DNA of 64,000 nucleotides, from the NCBI GenBank assembly GCA_964520045.1, contig CAZFMJ010000003.1, positions 10,272-74,271 of the forward strand, in the 5' to 3' direction. Shown here one piece after another: positions 27,382 through 36,244 of the stretch. The DNA is from an uncultured Elusimicrobiales bacterium. Its GTDB lineage: Bacteria > Elusimicrobiota > Elusimicrobia > Elusimicrobiales > CAZFMJ01. How positions within the stretch are numbered: position 1 is the stretch's first letter; each line of letters opens with the position of its first letter. The position numbers were made by a program, and so were the translations under genes. The notes beneath the pieces were generated by a model, which made no database searches, had not been told where the DNA came from, and saw only the letters and a list, made by a program, of their open reading frames with translations.

Positions 27382-28214
27382 AATGCTCCTTCCTTATGCG
27401 GCAGTTCCTTTACCTGTGAAAACGTAAACACCGGGCCGTCCACACAGACAAACTTCTCGCCGATATTGCAGTGCCCGCATTTACCGATCCCGCATTTCAT
27501 ATAACGCTCAAGCGTCATAATGATATCCTTATCCATAAACCCGGACTTGGAAAGCTGCTGTGTTACAAACCTTATCATTATCGGCGGGCCGCAGACGACT
27601 GCGACGGCGTTATTCGGATGAATCTCCGTCTGCTTCCATAGCTCGGTTACAACGCCCACGCTGCATCCCCAGCCGTCGCAGGGCTTATCAACGGTAAGCC
27701 AAACTTCGGTATCGGGAATTTTCTTCCAGGCCTCTAATTCGCCTTTAAAACAGATCTCATCCGGCGTTTTTGCGCCGTAAATTACTTTTATATGCCCGAA
27801 GTCTTTTCTATTATCGAATACCAGATTTATCAGGCTTCTTATCGGCGCCAATCCGATGCCGCCGGCTATAAAATAAATATTCTTTCCCTTAATTTCGCCG
27901 AATGGAAATGAATTGCCGTAAGGTCCCCGCAAATGCAAAATATCCCCTTTTTTAAGATTGTGGATGCCTTTCGTCACCAGTCCGGCTGCCCGTATGGTAA
28001 ATTCCAGAAACCCGCTCCTGGACGGCGACGAGGTTATGGAGATGGGGGCCTCTCCCAATCCCAATACCGAAACCTCCATAAACTGACCCTGCTTATATCG
28101 AAATTTTTCGGTTTGGTTCTTATCGGCGAACTTCACCGTAAATGTTTTTGTGTCGAACGTCTCCTGACGTATATCTTCTATTGCGGCCGGATAGGGAATA
28201 TATTCGTTTTTCAT
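27378..28214 (-). CDS. FAD/NAD(P)-binding [2Fe-2S] subunit (sulfhydrogenase gamma / AsrB-like), paralogue of flxA-like gene
   Basis: C-terminal CGIGKCGHCNIG parallels CGVGKCGRCNVG of 11562-12407. Start placed at ATG 28214 (MKNEYIPYP), 2 nt after the upstream TAA. Confidence 0.75.
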   Translation of the reverse strand: MKNEYIPYPAAIEDIRQETFDTKTFTVKFADKNQTEKFRYKQGQFMEVSVLGLGEAPISITSSPSRSGFLEFTIRAAGLVTKGIHNLKKGDILHLRGPYGNSFPFGEIKGKNIYFIAGGIGLAPIRSLINLVFDNRKDFGHIKVIYGAKTPDEICFKGELEAWKKIPDTEVWLTVDKPCDGWGCSVGVVTELWKQTEIHPNNAVAVVCGPPIMIRFVTQQLSKSGFMDKDIIMTLERYMKCGIGKCGHCNIGEKFVCVDGPVFTFSQVKELPHKEGAF

Positions 28215-28216
28215 CT

Positions 28217-29272
28217 TTACATTACCTTTTTTCCTTCGGTTATTTCCTGTATAAATTTGGACATGCCTATGTTCACCGGGCAGCCCGACAAGCATCTTCC
28301 GCAGGCGACACATCCGCTCATCCCCGTCTTTTTATGGTCGTATTTGAGCTTGTGCTCGTACCGCCGAGATGTTCTGTGCCATTTATCCCTCCTGGGATTA
28401 TGTCCGCTTGCTTCGCGGGTGTATCCCTCAAAGATACACGCATCCCAGGTCCTTAAACGCTGCCCCGCGGCATCCTTGGCGGTATCGAACACATTGAAAC
28501 ACGTGCAGGTAGGGCAGGAGTATAAACAGGCGCCGCAATAAATACATCTTTCGCCTATGCGCCGGTAATTTTCTTCCGGGATGAAATCATCCTTGCTCAT
28601 TAGGTCTATCGCCTTTTTGAAATCAACTTTTAATTCCACCGCGCTCCTTGCCTTAGCTTTTATCTGGTTGATTGTTTTTATATCTTTTTCCGGCGCGTCC
28701 TGAAAAAATATTTTATGCCCGGAGATAAACGCTTCTCCCATTTTTGAGCCCGCTTCCGCAAAATAGAAATCTCCGCCGTCAATGAACTGCAGGTCAAAAC
28801 CATTTTCAGCAAAAGGCCCCGTATCGGCTGACGCGCAAAAACAAGCCGCCCTGGGCGGCTTAATGCAGCCGATTACCACGATAAACCTGTCTTTTATGCG
28901 GTTGAGATAATAGGCGTCATCAAAATTACGCTTAAAAAAATCATCCGCAAAAAGAAGGCCTTTTAAGTCGCAGGATCTTATCCCGAAGATCAGTGCCGGA
29001 GCCGGCTCCGTTGTTTCCTTGATACCGCCGTCTTTAAACTCAAACATCGATTCAAGCTGGGGGAAAAATATATCCTTAGGCGGAACAACCGTATCCACGT
29101 CCTCCAGCGAAACATTGTTGAGCGCTGTTTCCAATTCTTTGCCTTCTTTGGGCAACGGCGCAAAACAGACATCGTCGCCCATGATTTTCTGCGGGACATA
29201 GACATTCTTTCCCGCCGCCAGCCCCCTGAGCAATTCTTTTATGTCTTTTTTCCAGATTATCGTTATAGTCAT
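28217..29272 (-). CDS. 4Fe-4S subunit (sulfhydrogenase beta / AsrA-like), paralogue of flxB-like gene
   Basis: 351 aa with CIYCGACLYSCPTCTCFN and CVACGRCLSGCP. 4-nt overlap with the fdhA stop. Confidence 0.7.
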   Translation of the reverse strand: MTITIIWKKDIKELLRGLAAGKNVYVPQKIMGDDVCFAPLPKEGKELETALNNVSLEDVDTVVPPKDIFFPQLESMFEFKDGGIKETTEPAPALIFGIRSCDLKGLLFADDFFKRNFDDAYYLNRIKDRFIVVIGCIKPPRAACFCASADTGPFAENGFDLQFIDGGDFYFAEAGSKMGEAFISGHKIFFQDAPEKDIKTINQIKAKARSAVELKVDFKKAIDLMSKDDFIPEENYRRIGERCIYCGACLYSCPTCTCFNVFDTAKDAAGQRLRTWDACIFEGYTREASGHNPRRDKWHRTSRRYEHKLKYDHKKTGMSGCVACGRCLSGCPVNIGMSKFIQEITEGKKVM

Positions 29273-31305
29273 TGCTTTTCCACCTTTACCGCGCAGACCT
29301 TATACTCGGGAATTTTGGCTATGGGATCAACCGCATTGATCGTTAAAATATTTGCCGCCGCCTCTCTGAAGTGAAACGGCATAAACAGCGAGCCCCGAAC
29401 CACCTTTTGGCCTAAAGCCGCCTTCAGCGTAATCGTTCCCCGGCGCGAGGTTACCTTAACTAATTGGCCGTCCCTTATGCCTAACTCTTTTGCATCATCA
29501 GAATGCATTTCCACATAAGGACATGGAGATTCCCGTTCTAAAACAGCGGTTCTGTTGGTCATAGTGCGGGTATGCCAATGCCAATATACGCGGCCCGTGG
29601 AGAGAACAAAATTATATTCCTTGTCCGTTTCCTCCGCGGGAGGCGCGTACGGCCGGGGCAGGAACGCTCCTTTTCCCCTTGTAAATTTTTCTTTATGCAG
29701 GATCGGCGTGCCGGGATGCTCCTTACTCGGACAAGGCCATTGCAGGCCGTAGGGATCCAGCCGATCATAGCTCACCCCGCCGTAAATAGGCGTAAGGGAG
29801 GAAATCTCGTCCATTATCTCCGAGGGGTGTTTATAATTCATGCCGTTGTAGCCGGATTTGCCTGCCACCGCGCCCAGTATCTCCCAGTCGGCCTTCGCCC
29901 CGCCCGGAGGCTCGATCACTTTTCTTATCCGCTCCACCCGTCTTTCAGTGCTGGTAAATGTCCCGTCTTTTTCCGCGAAGCTCGCGCTGGGCAGCACCAC
30001 GTGCGCGTATTCGGCGGTATCGGTCAGGAATATATCCTGCACGACCAGAAACTCCGCCTTCCGCAAACAGTCTTTAACATGGTTTGAGTCGGGGTCGCTG
30101 ATTACCGGATTTTCACCCATAATGTACATGCCCTTGACCCTGCCCGCTCCGGCTGCGCTCACTATCTCTGTTACCGTAAGCCCTGGTTTTGACGGCAAAC
30201 CGTCCACCTTCCATGCCGTCTCAAATTTTTTACGGATATTTTCATCAGCTATACTCTGGTATCCCGAGTATAGAGCGGGAAGCGCGCCTGTATCACATGA
30301 TCCCTGAACGTTGTTCTGACCCCTGAGAGGATTAACGCCCGTAGAGGAGCATCCGATATGTCCGGTTATCATGGCAAGATTAGCCAGGGACTTCACATTA
30401 TCGACTCCGGTTGTATGCTGGGTAATACCCATGGAATAAACAATCATCGCCTTGCGAGTTTTAGCGTACATGCGGGCTATCTCAATGATTTTTTCCCGGG
30501 GTATATTGGTGATCTTTTCCACGTATTCCGGGGTATACGCCTTAACCATATCTTTCAACTCTTCAAATCCTTCCGTCCTTTCCTGTATGAAGTTCTTATC
30601 ATGCAGATTTTCGGAAATTATCACATGGATAAGCCCGTTTATCCAGGCAACGTCGGTGCCGTTTTTATGCTGAACATGGATCGCGGCGTATTTAGCGAGT
30701 TCGATTTTTCTGGGATCGATAAGGATAAGTTTTGCCGCTTTATCTATGACGGCCTTGACTATGCGCGAACCTATTAAGGGATGCTGGGCGGTCGTATCCG
30801 AGCCGGTAATTAAAATAAGCTCGGCATCCTCAAATTCCGAGATAGAATTTGTCATTGCGCCGGAACCGAAAGACGCAGCCAGACCGGCGACCGTAGACGC
30901 GTGGCAAAGCCGGGCGCAGTGGTCCACGTTATTGGTTTTGAACACCGCCCGCGCCAGCTTCATCATCAGGAAGTTTTCTTCGTTGGTGGTCTTGGCCGAG
31001 CTCAAAAAAGCAAGGGCGTCCGGCCCGAATTTTTCTTTATAGCCCTTAAATTTTTCCGCGACCAAACTCAGCGCCTCGTCCCAGCCGGCCGAAACAAAGC
31101 GGTTATTTTTCTTAATGAGCGGAGTGGTAAGCCGGTCCGCGCTGTTGGAAAACTCGTGACAATTCCATCCCTTGACACAAAGCGCGCCTCTGGAGACGGG
31201 ATGATTTTTACTGGGGTATGCCCCTGTCAATTTCTTTCCGTCGGAAACCAGATAAAGACCGCAGCCGCACCCGCAATAGATGCAGGTCGTTAAAACTCTT
31301 GGCAT
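29269..31305 (-). CDS. fdhA: Formate dehydrogenase catalytic subunit (Mo/W-bis-PGD), cysteine type
   Basis: N-terminal TTCIYCGCGCGL [4Fe-4S] motif. The active-site region NNVDHCARLCHAST has Cys where Sec enzymes have U. Start placed at ATG 31305 (MPRVLTTC) behind a GGGAGGA RBS. Confidence 0.85.
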   Translation of the reverse strand: MPRVLTTCIYCGCGCGLYLVSDGKKLTGAYPSKNHPVSRGALCVKGWNCHEFSNSADRLTTPLIKKNNRFVSAGWDEALSLVAEKFKGYKEKFGPDALAFLSSAKTTNEENFLMMKLARAVFKTNNVDHCARLCHASTVAGLAASFGSGAMTNSISEFEDAELILITGSDTTAQHPLIGSRIVKAVIDKAAKLILIDPRKIELAKYAAIHVQHKNGTDVAWINGLIHVIISENLHDKNFIQERTEGFEELKDMVKAYTPEYVEKITNIPREKIIEIARMYAKTRKAMIVYSMGITQHTTGVDNVKSLANLAMITGHIGCSSTGVNPLRGQNNVQGSCDTGALPALYSGYQSIADENIRKKFETAWKVDGLPSKPGLTVTEIVSAAGAGRVKGMYIMGENPVISDPDSNHVKDCLRKAEFLVVQDIFLTDTAEYAHVVLPSASFAEKDGTFTSTERRVERIRKVIEPPGGAKADWEILGAVAGKSGYNGMNYKHPSEIMDEISSLTPIYGGVSYDRLDPYGLQWPCPSKEHPGTPILHKEKFTRGKGAFLPRPYAPPAEETDKEYNFVLSTGRVYWHWHTRTMTNRTAVLERESPCPYVEMHSDDAKELGIRDGQLVKVTSRRGTITLKAALGQKVVRGSLFMPFHFREAAANILTINAVDPIAKIPEYKVCAVKVEKQ

Positions 31306-31322
31306 AGTATCCTCCCTGTACA

Positions 31323-31547
31323 TTAAAGACCGATGGCCGCTGGAAATGAATTATCAGCAAGAAATGCGTTCCATGTTAATCCGGACAGCTCCAATGCGGG
31401 GTGCGTTAAGAGGGTATGATCTTTTAAAAATATGCCCTGCGGTATAAAATACATATAGGAGACCGAATATTCAAAACCCGCTGCCACAAAGGCCATAACA
31501 GGGAAAAACTGTTTCTCACATTCCAGCAAGCTTTCCAAACGCCACAT
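31323..31547 (-). pseudogene. Remnant of a formate/nitrite transporter (FocA/FNT) gene
   Basis: The 74-aa ORF contains FFPVMAFVAAGFEYSVSYMYFIPQGI, matching the FNT signature around GFEHS(I/V)ANM, but with the His replaced by Tyr. Only about 70 of the roughly 270 residues are present; both ends are missing. Confidence 0.7.
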
Positions 31548-31636
31548 TCATTATAATCAAAAACAGCTGATACTTTCAAGGACACACGCCTGAAGCCCGG
31601 CGCGGTAAGAGCGGATTCCAGCGGTGTGAATACGGG

Positions 31637-32731
31637 TTATTGTTCCCCGTATTTATACCAGGCGGCGCAAGCGCCTTCTGAAGATACCATGCAGGGACCG
31701 ACTGCGGATGAGGGAGTGCACAATTTGCCGAATAAGGCGCAGTCTTTGGGCAAAACTTTTCCCATAAGCACCTGACCGCATAGACATCCTTCGGGTTCAG
31801 TGGCTTCAATATAGGGAACATCAAAATATCTGCCGGCGTCAAATCTAAGATAATTAATGCCGAACACAAGCCCTGATTTAGGGATACCCCCTACGGCGCG
31901 CCAGTTTGCGTCCGCAGGCTCAAAAACCTGTTCAAGAACTTTTAAGGCCGCGACATTGCCCTCAGGCCTGACCGTGCGGGAATATTCAATCTCAATATCA
32001 GCCTTATTCCGCTCCCGCTGAATCAAAATCCTGTGTATGCCGTTTAAAATATCCAGAGGCTCAAACCCGGCTATAGCGCAGGGGACATGATAATCCCGCG
32101 CGACAAATTTATAAGGGACGGTCCCTATTATTGCGCTTACGTGTCCCGGAAGCAAAAACCCATGTATTTTATGCGCAGGGTCCGAAAGCACTGCTTTTAA
32201 AGCGGGGGGCACAAGCTTGAAAAGAGGCAGGACAAAAAAATTACCAAGATCCTCTTTTTCAGCTTCAAGCACCGCGGAGCCTATCAGGGGAGCGGTCGTT
32301 TCAAAACCCACCCCGAGAAACACTATTTTTTTATCTGTATTTTCCTTGGCAATCGTCACCGCGTCCAGCGGGGAATACACAATACGCACGTCCGCGCCCG
32401 AAATTCTGGCGTCTTCAAGACTGCCCGCGCTTCCCCTTACTTTCAGCATATCCCCGAAAGTGGCAAGAATAACGCCCGGTTTTTGCGCTATTTTCACGGC
32501 CCTGTCGACATCCCCCGGAGCGGTTACGCAGACCGGGCATCCCGGCCCCGAAAGCATTTTAAGACCTTTGGGCAAAAGCCGCCTCATTCCGCTGGCGGCT
32601 ATCGCCATAGTATGCGTTCCGCAGACTTCCATTATATTGATTACGCCGGCGTTTTTAGAAAGCCTGCCTATTTCAGCAAGCGCCCTAGCCGCCATATTCC
32701 TGTCTTTCCAGATCCGCCCTTCAATTTGCAT
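31637..32731 (-). CDS. hypD: Hydrogenase maturation protein HypD
   Basis: 364 aa with MEVCGTHTMAI, GPGCPVCVT and the C-terminal CxxxxxxC...C motifs. Confidence 0.9.
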   Translation of the reverse strand: MQIEGRIWKDRNMAARALAEIGRLSKNAGVINIMEVCGTHTMAIAASGMRRLLPKGLKMLSGPGCPVCVTAPGDVDRAVKIAQKPGVILATFGDMLKVRGSAGSLEDARISGADVRIVYSPLDAVTIAKENTDKKIVFLGVGFETTAPLIGSAVLEAEKEDLGNFFVLPLFKLVPPALKAVLSDPAHKIHGFLLPGHVSAIIGTVPYKFVARDYHVPCAIAGFEPLDILNGIHRILIQRERNKADIEIEYSRTVRPEGNVAALKVLEQVFEPADANWRAVGGIPKSGLVFGINYLRFDAGRYFDVPYIEATEPEGCLCGQVLMGKVLPKDCALFGKLCTPSSAVGPCMVSSEGACAAWYKYGEQ

Positions 32732-32751
32732 AAATCAATACTCTGGTTATT

Positions 32752-32853
32752 TAGACTGAAGACTATTAGTTTCTTATTTTATACCTTTCCGCCACTACGA
32801 CGTTGGCGGATCCGCCGTGGTGTTTGGCGGACAGGCTAACAGCCTTCAGTCTA
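32752..32853 (-). other. About 100-nt structured intercistronic element between hypC and hypD
   Basis: 19-nt arms: tagactgaagactattagt (32752-32770) versus the reverse complement of ggctaacagccttcagtcta (32834-32853), 16/19 matching. They enclose two CCGCC(A)...(T)GGCGG hairpins and the palindrome GGCGGATCCGCC (32805-32816). Confidence 0.55.
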
Positions 32854-33096
32854 TCTGCCTAGTGTATCTTCCCACAGCTCTTCTTTTCCGTACATTTCAC
32901 GGAAAAGGTCAAGGGTTTCCTGCGCGTCTTTTTCATCCAGAATCTGTATGGCAAATCCCGCATGCACAAGCACATACTCGCCCGCTTTGGCTTCGGGCGT
33001 AAGATTAAGCGAGACTTCCCGCAAAACGCCGCTGAAATCAACCTTTGCGGTCGTGTTTTCTATACTCTTGATTTTCCCCGGTATCGCAAGACACAT
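32851..33096 (-). CDS. hypC: Hydrogenase maturation chaperone HypC
   Basis: Start placed at the internal Met so the protein begins MCLAIPGKI, the obligatory HypC N-terminus. The track ORF adds MNY. Confidence 0.9.
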   Translation of the reverse strand: MCLAIPGKIKSIENTTAKVDFSGVLREVSLNLTPEAKAGEYVLVHAGFAIQILDEKDAQETLDLFREMYGKEELWEDTLGR

Positions 33097-33256
33097 ATAA
33101 TTCATTCTAACAAAAGAAAAGATTTAACCCAAATATTTTTCGCCGGGGCTGTTGTAACTCACGCTTTTATATTTGTAGTATATTTTTTAAGGATTGGCAT
33201 AACCCTGATATTGCGGGTTTAAACATCTTTTTTCCCAATCCGCCTGCGAGGAGAAC

Positions 33257-35110
33257 ATGATAAAAACCCCACAAAAACCAAAAACGATAAAAGAAGTAGA
33301 TTCTGTAACCATACGCTTTGCCGGAGATTCCGGAGACGGAATACAGCTTACCGGCAGTCAGTTTGCCACAGCCACGGCTCTGGCAGGCAATGATTTAAGC
33401 ACCATGCCCGACTATCCGGCTGAAATACGGGCGCCTGCAGGCTCTCTGGGAGGAGTAAGCGGCTTTCAGGTCCATTTCGGTCCGGATAAGATACTGACGC
33501 CCGGGGACAAACCCGATGTGCTGGTGGCGATGAATCCGGCCGCTCTGGCTGTAAATATAAAGAATATAGAGCGCGGAGCCATCATACTGGCCAATTCGGA
33601 CGCTTTTAACGCGCAAACCCTTGAAAAAGCCGGTTTTAAAACCAATCCGCTTGAAGACGGAAGCCTTGCCAACTACAGGGTATTTCCCGTGGCAATGACA
33701 ACTTTCACGCAGAAGGCTCTTGAAAAAACAAGCCTTACAAAAACGCAGATAGCCAAATGTAAGAATTTCTACGCTCTGGGCATAATGTATTGGATGTACG
33801 GACTGCCCATAGAACCGACAATACGGTGGATGGACCAGAAATTCAAGAAAACCCCGGAAATGGCGCAAGCCAACAAGCTTGCCCTCACTACAGGCTATGA
33901 TTTCGCGGAATCCACTGAAATTTTTGACGCAAAATACACGGTAAAAAAGGCCCCCGCTCCGCCCGGCAAATACCGCAATGTCACAGGCAATGAAGCGGCG
34001 GCGCTTGGTCTTATAGCGGCGGCAAACAGGGCAAAACGCGGTCTTTTCTATGCTTCCTATCCCATAACTCCGGCTTCCGAAATACTGCAGGAAATATCAA
34101 AAAGAATAACACCGTCCGTTAAAGTGCTTCAGTGCGAAGATGAAATAGCCTCCGTCTGCGCGGCCATAGGCGCGTCTTTCGCGGGCAGTCTGGGAGCAAC
34201 CGGAACAAGCGGTCCCGGCCTATCCCTTAAAACGGAGGCCATAGGCCTCGCCGTAATAGCCGAACTTCCGCTGGTCATAGTCAATGTCCAGCGCGGAGGC
34301 CCGTCCACGGGTCTTCCCACAAAAACCGAGCAGGCTGACCTGCTTCAGGCCGTTTTCGGCCGGCACGGCGAATCGCCGGTGGTGGTGCTGGCGGCCTCCA
34401 CATCCGCGGAATGCTTTACGCTGGCCGTTGAGGCAAGCCGGATAGCCATGAAATATATGACTCCCGTTATACTGCTGTCGGACGGCTATCTGGCAAACAC
34501 TTCGGGCCCGCTCAAAATACCGTCATTGAACGAGCTTCCGCAATTTGAGAATCCGCCCCTGCCCGACCCCGAAAAATTTGCGCCCTACATGCGCGATCCG
34601 GACACACTGGCAAGACCGTGGGCCGCGCCCGGCACGGCGGGCTATGAACACCGCATAGGCGGTCTGGAAAAAACAGATATCACGGGAACTGTTAGTTATG
34701 ACGCCGATAATCATGAAATAATGATGCGAAAGCGCGCTGAAAAAATAGCCGGAGTAGCGAGAGAAATACCGGCCACTAAAGTTCTGGGACCCGCCGAAGG
34801 AGACCTGCTGGTCATAGGCTGGGGTTCCTCCTACGGCGCCATAACCGCCGCTGTCACCGAATGCCAAAAGAAGGGAATGCATGTCTCTTCCGCTCATGTG
34901 CGCCACTTAAACCCGCTTCCTCCTGATTTGGGCTCGGTGCTCAGGCGCTTCAGAAGAGTGCTCGTGCCGGAGGAAAATCTCGGCCAGTTCAGTTTCATTC
35001 TGCGCTCCCGCTATCTTGTCGACACGATCCAGCTTAATAAGGTCAAAGGACAGCCGATAAAGATAGAGGACATAAAAAATAAAATCCAGGAATTGCTCTC
35101 AACGAGGTAA
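33257..35110 (+). CDS. korA: 2-oxoacid:ferredoxin oxidoreductase, fused gamma/alpha subunit
   Basis: 617 aa. N-terminal IRFAGDSGDGIQLTG (gamma-like) is followed by the GNEAAALG...SYPITPASE alpha domain. Substrate specificity is not determinable. Confidence 0.8.
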   Translation: MIKTPQKPKTIKEVDSVTIRFAGDSGDGIQLTGSQFATATALAGNDLSTMPDYPAEIRAPAGSLGGVSGFQVHFGPDKILTPGDKPDVLVAMNPAALAVNIKNIERGAIILANSDAFNAQTLEKAGFKTNPLEDGSLANYRVFPVAMTTFTQKALEKTSLTKTQIAKCKNFYALGIMYWMYGLPIEPTIRWMDQKFKKTPEMAQANKLALTTGYDFAESTEIFDAKYTVKKAPAPPGKYRNVTGNEAAALGLIAAANRAKRGLFYASYPITPASEILQEISKRITPSVKVLQCEDEIASVCAAIGASFAGSLGATGTSGPGLSLKTEAIGLAVIAELPLVIVNVQRGGPSTGLPTKTEQADLLQAVFGRHGESPVVVLAASTSAECFTLAVEASRIAMKYMTPVILLSDGYLANTSGPLKIPSLNELPQFENPPLPDPEKFAPYMRDPDTLARPWAAPGTAGYEHRIGGLEKTDITGTVSYDADNHEIMMRKRAEKIAGVAREIPATKVLGPAEGDLLVIGWGSSYGAITAAVTECQKKGMHVSSAHVRHLNPLPPDLGSVLRRFRRVLVPEENLGQFSFILRSRYLVDTIQLNKVKGQPIKIEDIKNKIQELLSTR

Positions 35111-35117
35111 ACCAAAC

Positions 35118-36146
35118 ATGAAAAATGCTCAATCAGCTCTAACAGCAAAAGATTACGCTTCAGACCAGCGGGTGAAATGGTGCCCGGGATGCGGCTGTTA
35201 TTCCGTGCTTGCCCAGGTGCAAAAAAATCTCGCTATGCAGGGGGTGCCTCCTGAAAACTGCGTGTTCATTTCCGGCATAGGCTGTTCCAGCCGGTTTCCA
35301 TATTACATGGGCACGTACGGCTTCCATACCCTTCACGGGCGCGCCCTTCCCATTGCCACCGGAGTAAAGCTGGCCAATCCGGCGCTGTCCGTATGGGTCA
35401 TAACCGGAGACGGGGACGGACTCGCCATAGGCGGAAACCACATGTTTCACGCCTTGCGGCGCAATGTGGGCGTGAAAATAATTCTTTTCAACAACAGGAT
35501 TTACGGTCTCACGAAAGGGCAGGCCTCTCCCACCTCAAAGCTGGGCACAAAGACCAAAACCTCTCCTTACGGAACCATAGAAAGACCGGTCAATCCCCTG
35601 CGGTTTGCCATAGGCGCGGAAGCCACCTTTGTGGCGCGCTCTGCGGCGTCAGACCCCGCGCATCTCCTCCAGATGCTTGACAGGGCGGCTAAACATAAAG
35701 GAACCGCCTTTATTGAGGTATATCTTGACTGCGAGGTATTTTCCGACGGCGAGTTTGCGGGCATAATGGACCCGCAGATACGGGAAGATAATCTTCTGCG
35801 GCTGGAGCACGGCAAACCCCTTGTTTTCGGCAAGAACAAAAACAAAGGCATCGTCATGGAAAACTGCGCTCCCAAAACAGTGGAATTTGACGCCGGCAAA
35901 CCGCCTTCAACCATAATGAGACACGATGAAAAAGCTCCGCCCGAACATGCCTTCCAGCTCACCAGATTCGCTCCGCCCGAATTTCCCGTGCCCGTCGGCG
36001 TATTCAGGCAGACCGACGAGCTTTCTCATGAGGAAAAAATGGCGGAACTTACAAAAGCGGCGGCTAAACCCGGAGGAGACACTCTTGAGGCCCTGCTCTC
36101 AGGACCGGACGCATGGGAAATTAATCCTTCGACTCCCAAGTCTTAA
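35118..36146 (+). CDS. korB: 2-oxoacid:ferredoxin oxidoreductase beta subunit (TPP-binding)
   Basis: 342 aa with WCPGCG and TGDGDGLAIGGNH TPP motifs. Confidence 0.85.
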   Translation: MKNAQSALTAKDYASDQRVKWCPGCGCYSVLAQVQKNLAMQGVPPENCVFISGIGCSSRFPYYMGTYGFHTLHGRALPIATGVKLANPALSVWVITGDGDGLAIGGNHMFHALRRNVGVKIILFNNRIYGLTKGQASPTSKLGTKTKTSPYGTIERPVNPLRFAIGAEATFVARSAASDPAHLLQMLDRAAKHKGTAFIEVYLDCEVFSDGEFAGIMDPQIREDNLLRLEHGKPLVFGKNKNKGIVMENCAPKTVEFDAGKPPSTIMRHDEKAPPEHAFQLTRFAPPEFPVPVGVFRQTDELSHEEKMAELTKAAAKPGGDTLEALLSGPDAWEINPSTPKS

Positions 36147-36171
36147 GGCCCGAGTAACATTGAAGGAGTTC

Positions 36172-36200
36172 GCTCAGGATTAATACGCTTAATACTGAGC
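36172..36200. terminator. Stem-loop between convergent korB and tatD (possible bidirectional terminator)
   Basis: GCTCAG-G-ATTAA tacgc TTAAT-A-CTGAGC: 11 bp with one mismatch and no clear U-tract. Confidence 0.3.
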
Positions 36201-36244
36201 AGCCGCAAACACATCTTTCTTATGATTAAGGAAAAGGATGTGAC

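Noticed and set aside
29269-31323. Possible selenocysteine (in-frame TGA) in the formate dehydrogenase or in HdrA/MvhD.
   Set aside because: All these ORFs are continuous. The FdhA active-site position reads Cys (CARLCH). No in-frame TGA or SECIS-like context is needed.
31548-31636. Search for a Moco riboswitch upstream of the fdh/moa genes (also 19330-19481 and 32732-32850).
   Set aside because: I could not recognise the conserved Moco-motif core by eye. An Infernal scan with RF01055 would be needed, so no call is made.
33196-33225. Sigma54-like TGGCAT...TTGC string upstream of korA.
   Set aside because: The GG-to-GC spacing is about 15 nt instead of the required 10, so it does not fit the -24/-12 geometry.
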